Below, one piece after another: positions 21,007-30,403 of a stretch of DNA of 42,497 nt. The DNA is from Minisyncoccia bacterium. GTDB taxonomy: Bacteria > Patescibacteriota > Minisyncoccia > UBA6257 > GWB1-50-10. The first letter of the stretch is position 1, and every line of letters begins with the position of its first letter. The position numbers and the translations under genes were made by a program. The stretch is from assembly GCA_049971465.1 (NCBI GenBank), contig JBMFLB010000001.1, positions 1 through 42,497 of the forward strand, read 5' to 3'. The notes under the pieces were generated by a model. The model was given only the letters and a program-made list of their open reading frames with translations. It was not told where the DNA came from and did no database searches.

Positions 21007-21103
21007 AGATCAATTAATTGTTGTTGAACAAAAAAATAATTTTAGCAATATTATAATTAATAAACTTGATAAATCTTAATTAAAATAATATGATAAAATT
21101 AAT

Positions 21104-21655
21104 ATGGATGCTAATAAAATTGGCGCATTAGAATCTATTTTATTTGCTTATGGCGAACCATTATCTAAATCTTATTTAAGCAAAAAATTAAATATTTCAG
21201 AAGAAAATTTAACTATTTTACTAAATGATTATATTGAACAACTTAACAATTCCAATCGTGGATTAACTATTTTATTAATTGATGATACTATTCAATTAGT
21301 TACTAAACCTGAATATAAAGATTATATTGATAGCATTGTAAAAGATGAATTTAAAGAAGAATTATCGCCAGCTGCATTAGAAACATTAACAATCATTGCT
21401 TATTTAGGACCAATTCATCGTTCATTAATTGATCAAATTAGGGGAGTTAATTCAAGTTTTATTTTAAGAAATTTATTAATAAGGGGATTAATAGAAAGAA
21501 AAAGTAAAGGTCATTCTTTTATTTATGAATTAAGTTCTAATTCATTACGACATTTAGGAATTCAAAACAAACAGGAATTGCCTGATTATGAAAAATATAA
21601 AAATATTGTTCAAAATTTAATGGAACAAAATAATAGTTATGAACAAAGCAACTAA
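21104..21655 (+). CDS. scpB: Segregation and condensation protein B
   Basis: GALESILFAYGEPLS, LTILLIDDTIQLVTKPEY, LSPAALETLTIIAYLGPI, IRGVNS...LLIRGLI. Confidence 0.9.
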   Translation: MDANKIGALESILFAYGEPLSKSYLSKKLNISEENLTILLNDYIEQLNNSNRGLTILLIDDTIQLVTKPEYKDYIDSIVKDEFKEELSPAALETLTIIAYLGPIHRSLIDQIRGVNSSFILRNLLIRGLIERKSKGHSFIYELSSNSLRHLGIQNKQELPDYEKYKNIVQNLMEQNNSYEQSN

Positions 21656-22607
21656 ACAAATTATTAATCGTTCATTCATTTTATTAATAATTTTATTAAT
21701 TAGTATTTTTATTAGTAATTCTATTTTTCCTAAAAACAGTGTTACTAATAATAGCCAAAGCGCTTCGTTAATAACCGCAGTTAATAATAATAATTCATCT
21801 TCAATAAATTTTGTTTTAAATTATACATTAGCCAATGAGGAAAGTAATAATTCTCCAATTAATAGTGATAATTTTGCTAGTACCAACCGACCATTAAGAA
21901 ACTGGAAAATTTTAGATCCAACAACAAATACATTTAGCATTGCAATGGAAGATTTAACAAATTATTTTCCATTTTACTACAAAAATATTACCAGCAAATT
22001 ACCATTGGGTTCTTTAACTCAATTACTAACTGCAATTGTTGCTGAAGAAAAAATAGGTTTAAATAAAAAAATTCCGGCAACCATTTTTAATCAAAATGAA
22101 GTTTGGTTATCATCAGATTTAATTAAATTATTGATAATGACTTTCAATGGTGATGTTGCTAATGCTTTGGCAAACTATTATAATTACAACAATTTTATTA
22201 CGGAATTAAATAATAAAGCAATTGATATTGGTATGCAACAAACGCATCTTGTTGATGCGTCCGGATTAAGTTCACAAAATATCTCAACAGTTGGTGATAT
22301 TGTTAAATTAATACGTTATATAATTTTAAATCATCCTGAACTCTTAAATTGGAGTCTTATTCCATCAACAATATTACAACCAATTAATGGTTCTCATAGT
22401 TATAATATTACTAATAGTAATGTTTTTATTAATTCTAAAAATTTTATTGGTGGACAAATTGGAACAACTAATAGCAATTTAAATAATTTTGCAGGAGTAA
22501 TAAATATTAATGGGCATAAAATAATTTTTGTTTTATTAGGGGATAATGATATTGTTACAACAGTTAATAATTTAAGTACTTGGGTTGCAAAAGCATATTT
22601 ATGGTAA
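21639..22607 (+). CDS. Peptidase S11 (D-Ala-D-Ala carboxypeptidase)-like protein with substituted catalytic motifs
   Basis: Signal anchor. Fold-level similarity: LGSLTQLLTA, GDVANALANYY, NNKAIDIGMQQTHLVDASGLSSQNISTVGDIVKL, IGGQIGTTNS. SxxK is SLTQ, SxN is FNG, KTG is QIG. Confidence 0.6.
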   Translation: MNKATKQIINRSFILLIILLISIFISNSIFPKNSVTNNSQSASLITAVNNNNSSSINFVLNYTLANEESNNSPINSDNFASTNRPLRNWKILDPTTNTFSIAMEDLTNYFPFYYKNITSKLPLGSLTQLLTAIVAEEKIGLNKKIPATIFNQNEVWLSSDLIKLLIMTFNGDVANALANYYNYNNFITELNNKAIDIGMQQTHLVDASGLSSQNISTVGDIVKLIRYIILNHPELLNWSLIPSTILQPINGSHSYNITNSNVFINSKNFIGGQIGTTNSNLNNFAGVININGHKIIFVLLGDNDIVTTVNNLSTWVAKAYLW

Positions 22608-22608
22608 A

Positions 22609-23640
22609 ATGTTAATTTACGAAACAATTAGATTTTTAATAATGATTTTTTTATCTTTTTTGGTTGCTTTATTTATATATTTATTTTATGAAAAAGCAGT
22701 ACAAAAATTTGGATTGCATAAACATACGATTAGAAATGAATTAGGTGTTTATCATCAAAATAAAGCATCAACGCCAACAATGGCTGGAGTAATTATTTGG
22801 GGTACAGTATCATTATTAGCTTTTATTTTTTTAATACTTTCTAAATTTTTTGATGGATTTGCTAATTATTTTAATTTTATTAATCGTACTGAAACCTATT
22901 TACCATTAACAGCAATGCTTTTTGCGGCATTATTGGGTTTAATTGATGATATCATTGGGATGAAAGGATTGGGTACAGCTAAAAATGGATTAAAAGTAAA
23001 ACATAAACTTTTAATTTATTTTTTTATTTCAATCATTGGTGCTTGGTGGTTTTATTTTAAATTAGGATTTAATTCAATTGTTATTCCATTTATTGGAACT
23101 TTTAGTATTGGATTATGGTATATACCATTTTTTATGTTTATAGTTATTGCCACTGCATTTTCAATGAATGAAACAGATGGATTAGACGGTTTAGCCGGCG
23201 GAGTTTCTTTGTTTTCTTTTGCTAGTTTAGCAATCATTGCAATAGTTATAAATCATTATGATTTAGCAGTTATGATTGGAGCATTATTGGGTGGTATTTT
23301 AGCGTTTTTATGGTTTAATATTTATCCAGCAAAATTTTTTATGGGTGATACTGGTTCAATGGCATTAGGTATTACTCTTGGTATTGTTGCTTTATTAACT
23401 CAAACAGTTTTTTATTTACCATTTATTGCTATTATTCCATTTATTGAATCATTGTCAGTTGTTATACAAATAATAAGCAGAAAATTTTTTCATAAAAGAA
23501 TATTTAAAATTACACCAATCCATCATCATTTTGAAGCATTAGGTTGGCATGAAAGTAGAATTACTATGAGATTTTGGATTATCAATGCTATTGGTAGTGG
23601 TTTCGGTTTAATATTATATCTTTTAGCAAAATTTATTTAA
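22609..23640 (+). CDS. mraY: Phospho-N-acetylmuramoyl-pentapeptide transferase
   Basis: GLIDDIIGM, MNETDGLDGLAGG, FMGDTGSMALG, PIHHHFE. The ATG at 22609 follows the upstream stop. Confidence 0.95.
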   Translation: MLIYETIRFLIMIFLSFLVALFIYLFYEKAVQKFGLHKHTIRNELGVYHQNKASTPTMAGVIIWGTVSLLAFIFLILSKFFDGFANYFNFINRTETYLPLTAMLFAALLGLIDDIIGMKGLGTAKNGLKVKHKLLIYFFISIIGAWWFYFKLGFNSIVIPFIGTFSIGLWYIPFFMFIVIATAFSMNETDGLDGLAGGVSLFSFASLAIIAIVINHYDLAVMIGALLGGILAFLWFNIYPAKFFMGDTGSMALGITLGIVALLTQTVFYLPFIAIIPFIESLSVVIQIISRKFFHKRIFKITPIHHHFEALGWHESRITMRFWIINAIGSGFGLILYLLAKFI

Positions 23641-23661
23641 AACTATTGTATAATATAATTA

Positions 23662-25155
23662 ATGACAATTTTATTAAAGAATGGTTTAGTTATTGATGGT
23701 TTAGGCAACCTTGCAGATAAAAAGGATATTTTAATAAACAATGATAAAATAGCTATTGTTGGCGATGTAAATAATTCCGCTGCTGCTGATACAATTATTG
23801 ATGCTGTCAATTGTTTTATTGCTCCTGGTTTTATTGATATCAATACTGATTCTGACCATTATTTAACTCTTTTTAAAGATCCTCAACAAGAAGATTTTAT
23901 TAAACAAGGAGTAACTACCATTATTGGAGGAAATTGTGGGGCATCATTAGCGCCATTGATTGATGGTTTACTGATTTCAATTAGAAGATGGGGTGATCCT
24001 ACGGGCATAAATGTTCAATGGAATAGTGTTGAAGAGTTTTTAAAAGTAGTAGAAAAATTACAATTAGGAGTTAATTTTGGCACAATGGTTGGCCACAATA
24101 CTATTCGCCGCGCAATAACAAAAGATATTATCCGCGATTTAACCGATAGTGAAATAACAATGTTAAAAAAAATAGTTAAAAACTCTTTAGAACAAGGAGC
24201 ATTTGGTTTTTCTACTAATTTACAATCTTTACACTCGCGACCAACCACTATTTATGAATTGGAGGAAATATTAAAAGTTGTTTCTGATCAGAAAAAAGTT
24301 TATTCAGTTCATTTAAAAGATACTGGGCCAAATTTAATTGATGCTGTAAAAGAAAACATTGCTCTTTCTAAAAAATTTAAATTAAAAGTTGAAATAAATC
24401 ATTTTCAACCTTTAACTGATTTTAAAGAAGAATATGAGGAAGCAAAAAATCTTATTGAAAGTGAGTTTGCAAATTCTTTTATAAATTTTGATTGTTATCC
24501 TTTTAATATTTCTTCAATGCCATTGTTTCAACTATTACCACCTTGGGTTCAAGATGGTGGATTATCAGAAATGTTAGAAAGTTTAAATTCATCATATTTA
24601 AAATCAAGAATAATAAGTCATTTAAGAAAGTATAGTAATAATGATTTAATTATAACTTCCTTACCAGAATCATTAAGTTTTTTAAATGGTACATCATTAT
24701 ATCGGTATGCTGAAAATAATAGATTAGAATTTGCTGAAGCATTATTTCGTTTAATGCAATTAAGTCATTTGCATGGTACGGTTTTTATAAAAAATATTGA
24801 TAATGATTTATTAAAAGAATTTATTTTTTCTTCAGTTTCTTTTATCTCTTCCAATGGTTATGCATCTACTGATTTAGTAAAACATGAACGCAATATTAAA
24901 ACATTTTCAACGGTACTAAAATTGGCATTAGACAATAAAATTCCTTTAGAGCAATTTATTCCAAAATTTACTTTTTTACCAGCCCAAAAATATAATATTA
25001 AAAAACGCGGTGCTATTAAAGAAGGTAATTATGCTGATCTTGTCATTTTTAAAGATAATGAAATAAAATATGTCATTATTAATGGTGTTATCGTTGTAAG
25101 TGATGGACAATTATTAAATAAAAGAGTGGGAAGAGTATTAAGATCATATGAGTAA
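23662..25155 (+). CDS. D-aminoacylase-family amidohydrolase (N-acyl-D-amino-acid deacylase-like)
   Basis: ILLKNGLVIDG, APGFIDINTDSD (HxH position reads NTD), QGVTTIIGGNCGASLAP, VGHNTIRR, GAFGFST, YSVHLKD, EINHFQ, FDCYPF, C-terminal GAIKEGNYADLVIF. Confidence 0.7.
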   Translation: MTILLKNGLVIDGLGNLADKKDILINNDKIAIVGDVNNSAAADTIIDAVNCFIAPGFIDINTDSDHYLTLFKDPQQEDFIKQGVTTIIGGNCGASLAPLIDGLLISIRRWGDPTGINVQWNSVEEFLKVVEKLQLGVNFGTMVGHNTIRRAITKDIIRDLTDSEITMLKKIVKNSLEQGAFGFSTNLQSLHSRPTTIYELEEILKVVSDQKKVYSVHLKDTGPNLIDAVKENIALSKKFKLKVEINHFQPLTDFKEEYEEAKNLIESEFANSFINFDCYPFNISSMPLFQLLPPWVQDGGLSEMLESLNSSYLKSRIISHLRKYSNNDLIITSLPESLSFLNGTSLYRYAENNRLEFAEALFRLMQLSHLHGTVFIKNIDNDLLKEFIFSSVSFISSNGYASTDLVKHERNIKTFSTVLKLALDNKIPLEQFIPKFTFLPAQKYNIKKRGAIKEGNYADLVIFKDNEIKYVIINGVIVVSDGQLLNKRVGRVLRSYE

Positions 25156-26251
25156 AACAATTTTAAAAAGAAAATCTAGTCCTGATTATGTTTTTCTTGG
25201 TGCATTTTGTTTATTAGTAATATTTGGATTAGTAATGTTAACTAGTGCTTCTTCTAATTTAGGTAAAATTCAATTTAATAATTCTTACTATTATTTAGAA
25301 CATCAAATTTTATATGGATTATTATTGGGTATTATTGGTTTTTTATTAACTTATTTTATCCCCTATACTTTTTGGCAAAAAAAATCTTTTTTATTATTAA
25401 TAATTAATATTATTTTTTTACTTTTAGTTTTTTCTCCTTTAGGAATGCATATTAGAGGAGCAGCTCGTTGGTTAGATTTAAAAATTTTTTCCTTTCAACC
25501 TAGTGAATTATTAAAATTAACGTTTTTACTTTATTTAGCTACTTGGCTCAGTAAAAAAAAAGAACGAGTAAAAAGTTTTTGGGATGGTTTTGTGCCATTT
25601 TTTTTGTTAACTATATTTATTGCTTTTATTTTGTATATTCAACCAGCAACAACCACAGCGTTACTTATATTAGGCGGTTCATTAGTTATGTATTTATGGT
25701 CAGGAGCAAAAGTTAAATATGTTATTGGTTTAGCAATTATTATAATAATAAGTGCTTTAATTTTTGTTTTAATTACACCTTATCGTTATTCTAGAATTAT
25801 TGGTTTTTTGCATCCTAATTCTGATTTATTAGGAACCAATTATCAAAGAAACCAAGCATTAATAGCAATTGGTTCAGGAGGACTATGGGGGGTTGGTTAT
25901 GGCAATTCAACAAGTAAAATAAATTATTTGCCTGAACCAATTGGTGATTCAATTTTTGCAGTCATTGCTGAAGAATTAGGTTTTGTTGGTAGCATTGGAT
26001 TGATATTATTATTTTTAGTTTTTATTATTAGAGGATTATTAATAAGTAAAAATGCTCCTGATAAATTCTCTTATTTATTAAGCATAGGATTTATTGTATT
26101 GATTGGCATACAAGCATTTATAAATATAAGTGCAATATCTGGTTTGTTGCCATTAACAGGGGTACCATTGCCATTTATTAGTTATGGTGGGACATCATTA
26201 GCAGTTTTTATGACAATGGTCGGATTTATTGCACAATTTTCAAGATATTAA
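25148..26251 (+). CDS. ftsW: SEDS family peptidoglycan glycosyltransferase FtsW
   Basis: Multi-TM. RWLDL..FSFQPSELLKL, YQRNQALIAIGSGGLWGVGYGNS, LPEPIGDSIFAVIAEELGF, PLPFISYGGTS. Lies between mraY and murG. Confidence 0.9.
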   Translation: MSKTILKRKSSPDYVFLGAFCLLVIFGLVMLTSASSNLGKIQFNNSYYYLEHQILYGLLLGIIGFLLTYFIPYTFWQKKSFLLLIINIIFLLLVFSPLGMHIRGAARWLDLKIFSFQPSELLKLTFLLYLATWLSKKKERVKSFWDGFVPFFLLTIFIAFILYIQPATTTALLILGGSLVMYLWSGAKVKYVIGLAIIIIISALIFVLITPYRYSRIIGFLHPNSDLLGTNYQRNQALIAIGSGGLWGVGYGNSTSKINYLPEPIGDSIFAVIAEELGFVGSIGLILLFLVFIIRGLLISKNAPDKFSYLLSIGFIVLIGIQAFINISAISGLLPLTGVPLPFISYGGTSLAVFMTMVGFIAQFSRY

Positions 26252-26276
26252 TATAATTATTAGGTAAGAAAATTTT

Positions 26277-27410
26277 ATGAAAAATAATAATATTAAAAGA
26301 ATTGTATTAACCGGTGGGGGAACGGGGGGACATATTTATCCTTTATTAGCTGTAGCAGATGAAATTACAAAAAATTATTCTAATTATGAAATTTACTATA
26401 TCGGTCCTTTAACTTCATTTGAGTTTGAATTTGAAAGACGTAATATAAAAACTTTTCACGTTTTTAGTAGTAAATGGCGTCGTTATTTTTCATTACAAAA
26501 TTTTACTGATATTCCTAAATTTTTTATAAGCATTTTTCAAGCTTTGATTATTTTATTTAAATTAATGCCAGATGTAATCTTTTCTAAAGGTGGTCCTGGT
26601 TCATTTCCAGTTATATTAGCAGCTAAATTTTACTTTATACCAATAATGATACATGAATCAGATTCAGTACCAAGCATTGTTAATAAATTATCATCAATTT
26701 TTGCTCAAAAAATAGGAATTTCTTTTCAGGCCGCAAAAGAATATTTTCCTCAAAAAAAGATTGTTTTTGTTGGCCATCCAATTAGAGCCGAATTATTAGC
26801 TATACATATGGATTCAAAAGAAGCAAAAATCCTTTTAGGTTTTGATGATAAAATGCCGTTAATTTTTGTCACGGGTGGTTCACAAGGTGCAGAAAAAATA
26901 AATAATTTTATAATTAATAATTTAGAATCATTTTTATCTAATTTTCAAATTATGCATCAAGTTGGTCCAAATAATGTAAATGCAATTAACGAAGAAGTAT
27001 CTAAAATTTTACCTCATTTAAATGAAGAATTGCAACGACGTTATAAAATGGTTGGCTTTTTAAATGTAACTGGTTTAAGAGATGCCTTAACAGCGGCTGA
27101 TATTGTAATTTCCAGAAGTGGCGCCGGTTCTATTTATGAAATTGCTGCTTTTGGCAAACCATCAATTTTAGTACCAATAACAAATTCAGCTAACAATCAT
27201 CAATTACTAAATGCTTATGAATATTCGGATCAAGGAGCCGCAGTTGTAGTAGAAGAAGAAAATTTAAAATTTAACATTGTAAAAGTTCAAATCCAAAATA
27301 TTATCAATGACAGCAATAAAATTTTTGTTATGTCGCAGGCAGCAAAAAAATTTGCTAAACCAGAATCAGCACAATTAATTGTCAAAGAAATCATAGCGTT
27401 GATAAAATAA
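26277..27410 (+). CDS. murG: UDP-GlcNAc--MurNAc-(pentapeptide)-PP-undecaprenol GlcNAc transferase
   Basis: LTGGGTGGHIYPLLAVADE, GGPGSFPV, VTGGSQGA, ISRSGAGSIYEIAAFGKPSILVP. Confidence 0.9.
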   Translation: MKNNNIKRIVLTGGGTGGHIYPLLAVADEITKNYSNYEIYYIGPLTSFEFEFERRNIKTFHVFSSKWRRYFSLQNFTDIPKFFISIFQALIILFKLMPDVIFSKGGPGSFPVILAAKFYFIPIMIHESDSVPSIVNKLSSIFAQKIGISFQAAKEYFPQKKIVFVGHPIRAELLAIHMDSKEAKILLGFDDKMPLIFVTGGSQGAEKINNFIINNLESFLSNFQIMHQVGPNNVNAINEEVSKILPHLNEELQRRYKMVGFLNVTGLRDALTAADIVISRSGAGSIYEIAAFGKPSILVPITNSANNHQLLNAYEYSDQGAAVVVEEENLKFNIVKVQIQNIINDSNKIFVMSQAAKKFAKPESAQLIVKEIIALIK

Positions 27411-27418
27411 TAAAATTA

Positions 27419-27427
27419 TGTTATAAT
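27419..27427 (+). promoter_or_regulatory. Extended -10 TGTTATAAT 6 nt upstream of the gltX ATG
   Basis: TGtTATAAT-tatata-ATG. Confidence 0.45.
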
Positions 27428-27433
27428 TATATA

Positions 27434-28867
27434 ATGAATCCTGATCCGTCTATGACGATAAAAGTTAGATTTGCGCCATCACCAACTGGTCCTTTTAGTA
27501 TTGGCAATGCTAGAACTGCATTATTTAATTGGTTAGTTGCTAAAAAACATAATGGGAAATTTTATTTACGTATTGAAGATACTGATGAAGAACGCTCTAA
27601 AATAGAATTTGAACAACAAATAATAAATAGTTTGCAATGGTTAGGTTTAAATTGGGATGATCAAATAATACGACAAAGCGAACGAAAAGAAATTTACAAA
27701 AATTATTTACAAAAATTATTAGATGAAGGTAAAGCTTATTATTGTTTTTGTTCTTTACAAGAATTAGAAGCGGAAAGACAAGCTCAACTAAGTCAAGGTT
27801 TAATACCTAAGTATTCTGGTCGTTGTAGGAATATTGATTATAACACTGCAAAAGAAAGAGCAAAAAAAGAAAAATATGTAATTAGATTTAAAATGCCAGA
27901 AACACAAATTACTTTTACTGATAAAATTCATGGAAGAGTTTCGTTTGATACTAGTCTATTTGGTGATATTATTATTGCTAAAAGTTTAACTCAGCCAATT
28001 TGGCATTTTGCGGTGGTTATTGATGATTATGAAATGGGTATAACTGATGTAATAAGAGGCGAGGATCATTTAACCAATACACCTAAGCAAATAATGATAC
28101 AAAAAGCTTTAAATTTTCCTCAACCACGTTATGCCCATTTACCATTAATTTTAGGATCAGATAGAAAAAAACTTTCCAAACGATATTTAGATTATTCTTT
28201 ATTGGATTATAAAAGGGATGGCTATTTACCTCAAGCTTTAGTAAATTTTATTGTTTTACTTGGATGGCATCCTCAAAAGAATAAAGAAGTATTATCAGTT
28301 GATGAAATTATACAAGAATTTAGTTTAGAACGGGTACAAAAATCAGGAGCAATTTATAATCCCGAAAAACTAAATTGGTTAAATAGCTATTATATTAAAA
28401 AAATGACTGATAATGAATTATTAAATTATATAATAGATATTTTACCGCCAGATTGGAATGATAAAGAAAAAATATTAAAAATTATTCATATTGAAAAAGA
28501 AAGAATAATTAAATTAACTGATTTATTTAATATTGGCCAATTTTTTTTCAAATTGCCTGATTATGAACCAAAATTATTAATTTGGAAATTTTCAGAACCA
28601 ATAAAAGTATTAAATAATTTACAAAAAATTTTACAAATTGCGCAAAATATTGATAATGAACAAAAATTTATTGATCAAATTCAACAATTAGCAGAAACAA
28701 CTAATAGGGGAGAGGTTTTGTGGCCATTACGAGTTGCATTATCTGGTCAAGAAGCATCTCCTGGTCCATTTGATATAATTAATGTATTAGGATTAAAAGA
28801 ATCTTTAGCAAGAATACAAATTGCAGTCGATAAATTTAAAAATTTTTTGTATGGAAATAATAAATAA
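27434..28867 (+). CDS. gltX: Glutamyl-tRNA synthetase
   Basis: VRFAPSPTGPFSIGNARTALFNW (HIGH position reads SIGN), RIEDTD, VIRGEDHLTNTP, KLSKR. Confidence 0.9.
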   Translation: MNPDPSMTIKVRFAPSPTGPFSIGNARTALFNWLVAKKHNGKFYLRIEDTDEERSKIEFEQQIINSLQWLGLNWDDQIIRQSERKEIYKNYLQKLLDEGKAYYCFCSLQELEAERQAQLSQGLIPKYSGRCRNIDYNTAKERAKKEKYVIRFKMPETQITFTDKIHGRVSFDTSLFGDIIIAKSLTQPIWHFAVVIDDYEMGITDVIRGEDHLTNTPKQIMIQKALNFPQPRYAHLPLILGSDRKKLSKRYLDYSLLDYKRDGYLPQALVNFIVLLGWHPQKNKEVLSVDEIIQEFSLERVQKSGAIYNPEKLNWLNSYYIKKMTDNELLNYIIDILPPDWNDKEKILKIIHIEKERIIKLTDLFNIGQFFFKLPDYEPKLLIWKFSEPIKVLNNLQKILQIAQNIDNEQKFIDQIQQLAETTNRGEVLWPLRVALSGQEASPGPFDIINVLGLKESLARIQIAVDKFKNFLYGNNK

Positions 28868-29075
28868 TCAAGATGAATGGAATAAATTAATTATTGAAAA
28901 TAATGGCGATTTTTTACAATCTTGGGGATGGGGAGAAATACAAAAACAAATAAATCCTAAAACTAAAATTTTTCGATTAAAGACAGGAAATTTAACAGCA
29001 TCATTGGTAATATCGTTTAATAAAACCGTTTTATATTATTTATATTATTTTTATAAAAAAGTTAAAGTTTTTTAG
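28851..29075 (+). pseudogene. N-terminal remnant of a FemAB-family (peptidoglycan interpeptide-bridge) transferase
   Basis: MEIINNQDEWNKLIIENNGDFLQSWGWGEIQK...TASLVISFNK matches only the first ~60 residues of FemX-like proteins (normally more than 300 aa). It then degenerates and stops. Confidence 0.4.
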
Positions 29076-29079
29076 TATA

Positions 29080-30390
29080 ATGCATAAGATAATTACTCAC
29101 ATCAAAAAATATATACCATTGACAATAATTAATTTTTATCATTTAATTTTAGCTTGTTTTGGAGCAATTATTTATAATTTTCCTTCTAAAAAAATGATAA
29201 TAATTGGCGTAACTGGTAGCAGAGGAAAAACAACTATTGCTAATATGTTATGGTATATTTTTAAAGAATCTGGATATCGACCAGGTTTAGTTACCACTGC
29301 CAATATAAAAATTAATGATAAAGAATATTTAAATCGTTTTCATATGACAATGCCTGGTAGATTACAATTGCAAAAACTTTTAAAACAAATGTTAGTTAAT
29401 AATTGTAATGTTGCTATTATTGAAACCTCATCAGAGGGATTAGAAAAATATCGCCATAAATTTATTTATTATGATGCATTAATATTAGCTAGTTTATATC
29501 CAGAATATTTAGAAACTCATCATTGGAGTTATGAACGTTTAAAAAAGAAAGTTTTATATTTATTTAAAAATTTTTATAAATATCATAAAAAAATATTTAA
29601 TAAAAAAATAATAATTTTAAATAATGATATTGAAAGCAAAGATCAAATGTTATTTGCAAATGTGAAATCCGATATAAAATATACATTTGGATTAAATCAA
29701 AATGCAGATTTTTATGCTCAAGATATTGTTATAAAACAAAATTTTATTCAATTTAATACTAAAAATACAACATTTAAATTAAATCTTAATGGTAAATTTA
29801 ATATATCAAATGCATTAGCATCAATTGCTTGCGCTTATGCTTTTAATATTAATAATCAATTTATTCAAAATGGATTAGCTTTAATAAAGACTATACCAGG
29901 AAGATTAGAAGAAATTCAACAAGGGCAAAATTTTAAAGTTTTTATTGATTATGCTCATGATGCAGTAAGTTTAGAAAATGTTTTAAAAAGCATGCAGATT
30001 TTTAAAACTAATAATTCTAAAATAATAGTTGTTATTGGAGCTGAAGGTGGCGGTAGAGACAAATTTAAAAGACCAGCAATGGGCCAAATTGCTGCTCAAT
30101 TATCAGATTTTATAATTTTAACCAATACTGATCCTTATGATGATGATCCTTATGAAATAATGAATGATATTTTAAAAGGTGCTGTTACTAAAGGTAAAAT
30201 TTTAGATAAAGATATTTTTTTAATAGAAGATAGGAAAAAGGGCATAGAAAAAGCATTAAAATTAGCTAAAAACAATGATATTGTAATTATTACTGGTAAA
30301 GGGGCAGAACAATCAATGATTATTAAAGATAAAGTCATACCTTGGGATGACAGAATTATAACTAAACAATTATTATTAAAGATGATATAA
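29080..30390 (+). CDS. murE: MurE-like Mur ligase (UDP-MurNAc-L-Ala-D-Glu--diamino acid ligase), short N-terminus
   Basis: IIGVTGSRGKTT, HMTMPG, ETSSEGL, DYAHDAVSLENVL, GAEGGGRDKFKRP, TNTDPYDDDPYEIMNDI. Confidence 0.7.
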   Translation: MHKIITHIKKYIPLTIINFYHLILACFGAIIYNFPSKKMIIIGVTGSRGKTTIANMLWYIFKESGYRPGLVTTANIKINDKEYLNRFHMTMPGRLQLQKLLKQMLVNNCNVAIIETSSEGLEKYRHKFIYYDALILASLYPEYLETHHWSYERLKKKVLYLFKNFYKYHKKIFNKKIIILNNDIESKDQMLFANVKSDIKYTFGLNQNADFYAQDIVIKQNFIQFNTKNTTFKLNLNGKFNISNALASIACAYAFNINNQFIQNGLALIKTIPGRLEEIQQGQNFKVFIDYAHDAVSLENVLKSMQIFKTNNSKIIVVIGAEGGGRDKFKRPAMGQIAAQLSDFIILTNTDPYDDDPYEIMNDILKGAVTKGKILDKDIFLIEDRKKGIEKALKLAKNNDIVIITGKGAEQSMIIKDKVIPWDDRIITKQLLLKMI

Positions 30391-30403
30391 TTTTATTAAA
30401 TAA

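Noticed and set aside
29073-29081. TAGTATAAT as a leaderless promoter for murE.
   Set aside because: The hexamer overlaps the ATG at 29080 itself, so it cannot drive a transcript that includes this start codon. It is probably coincidental or serves an internal start.
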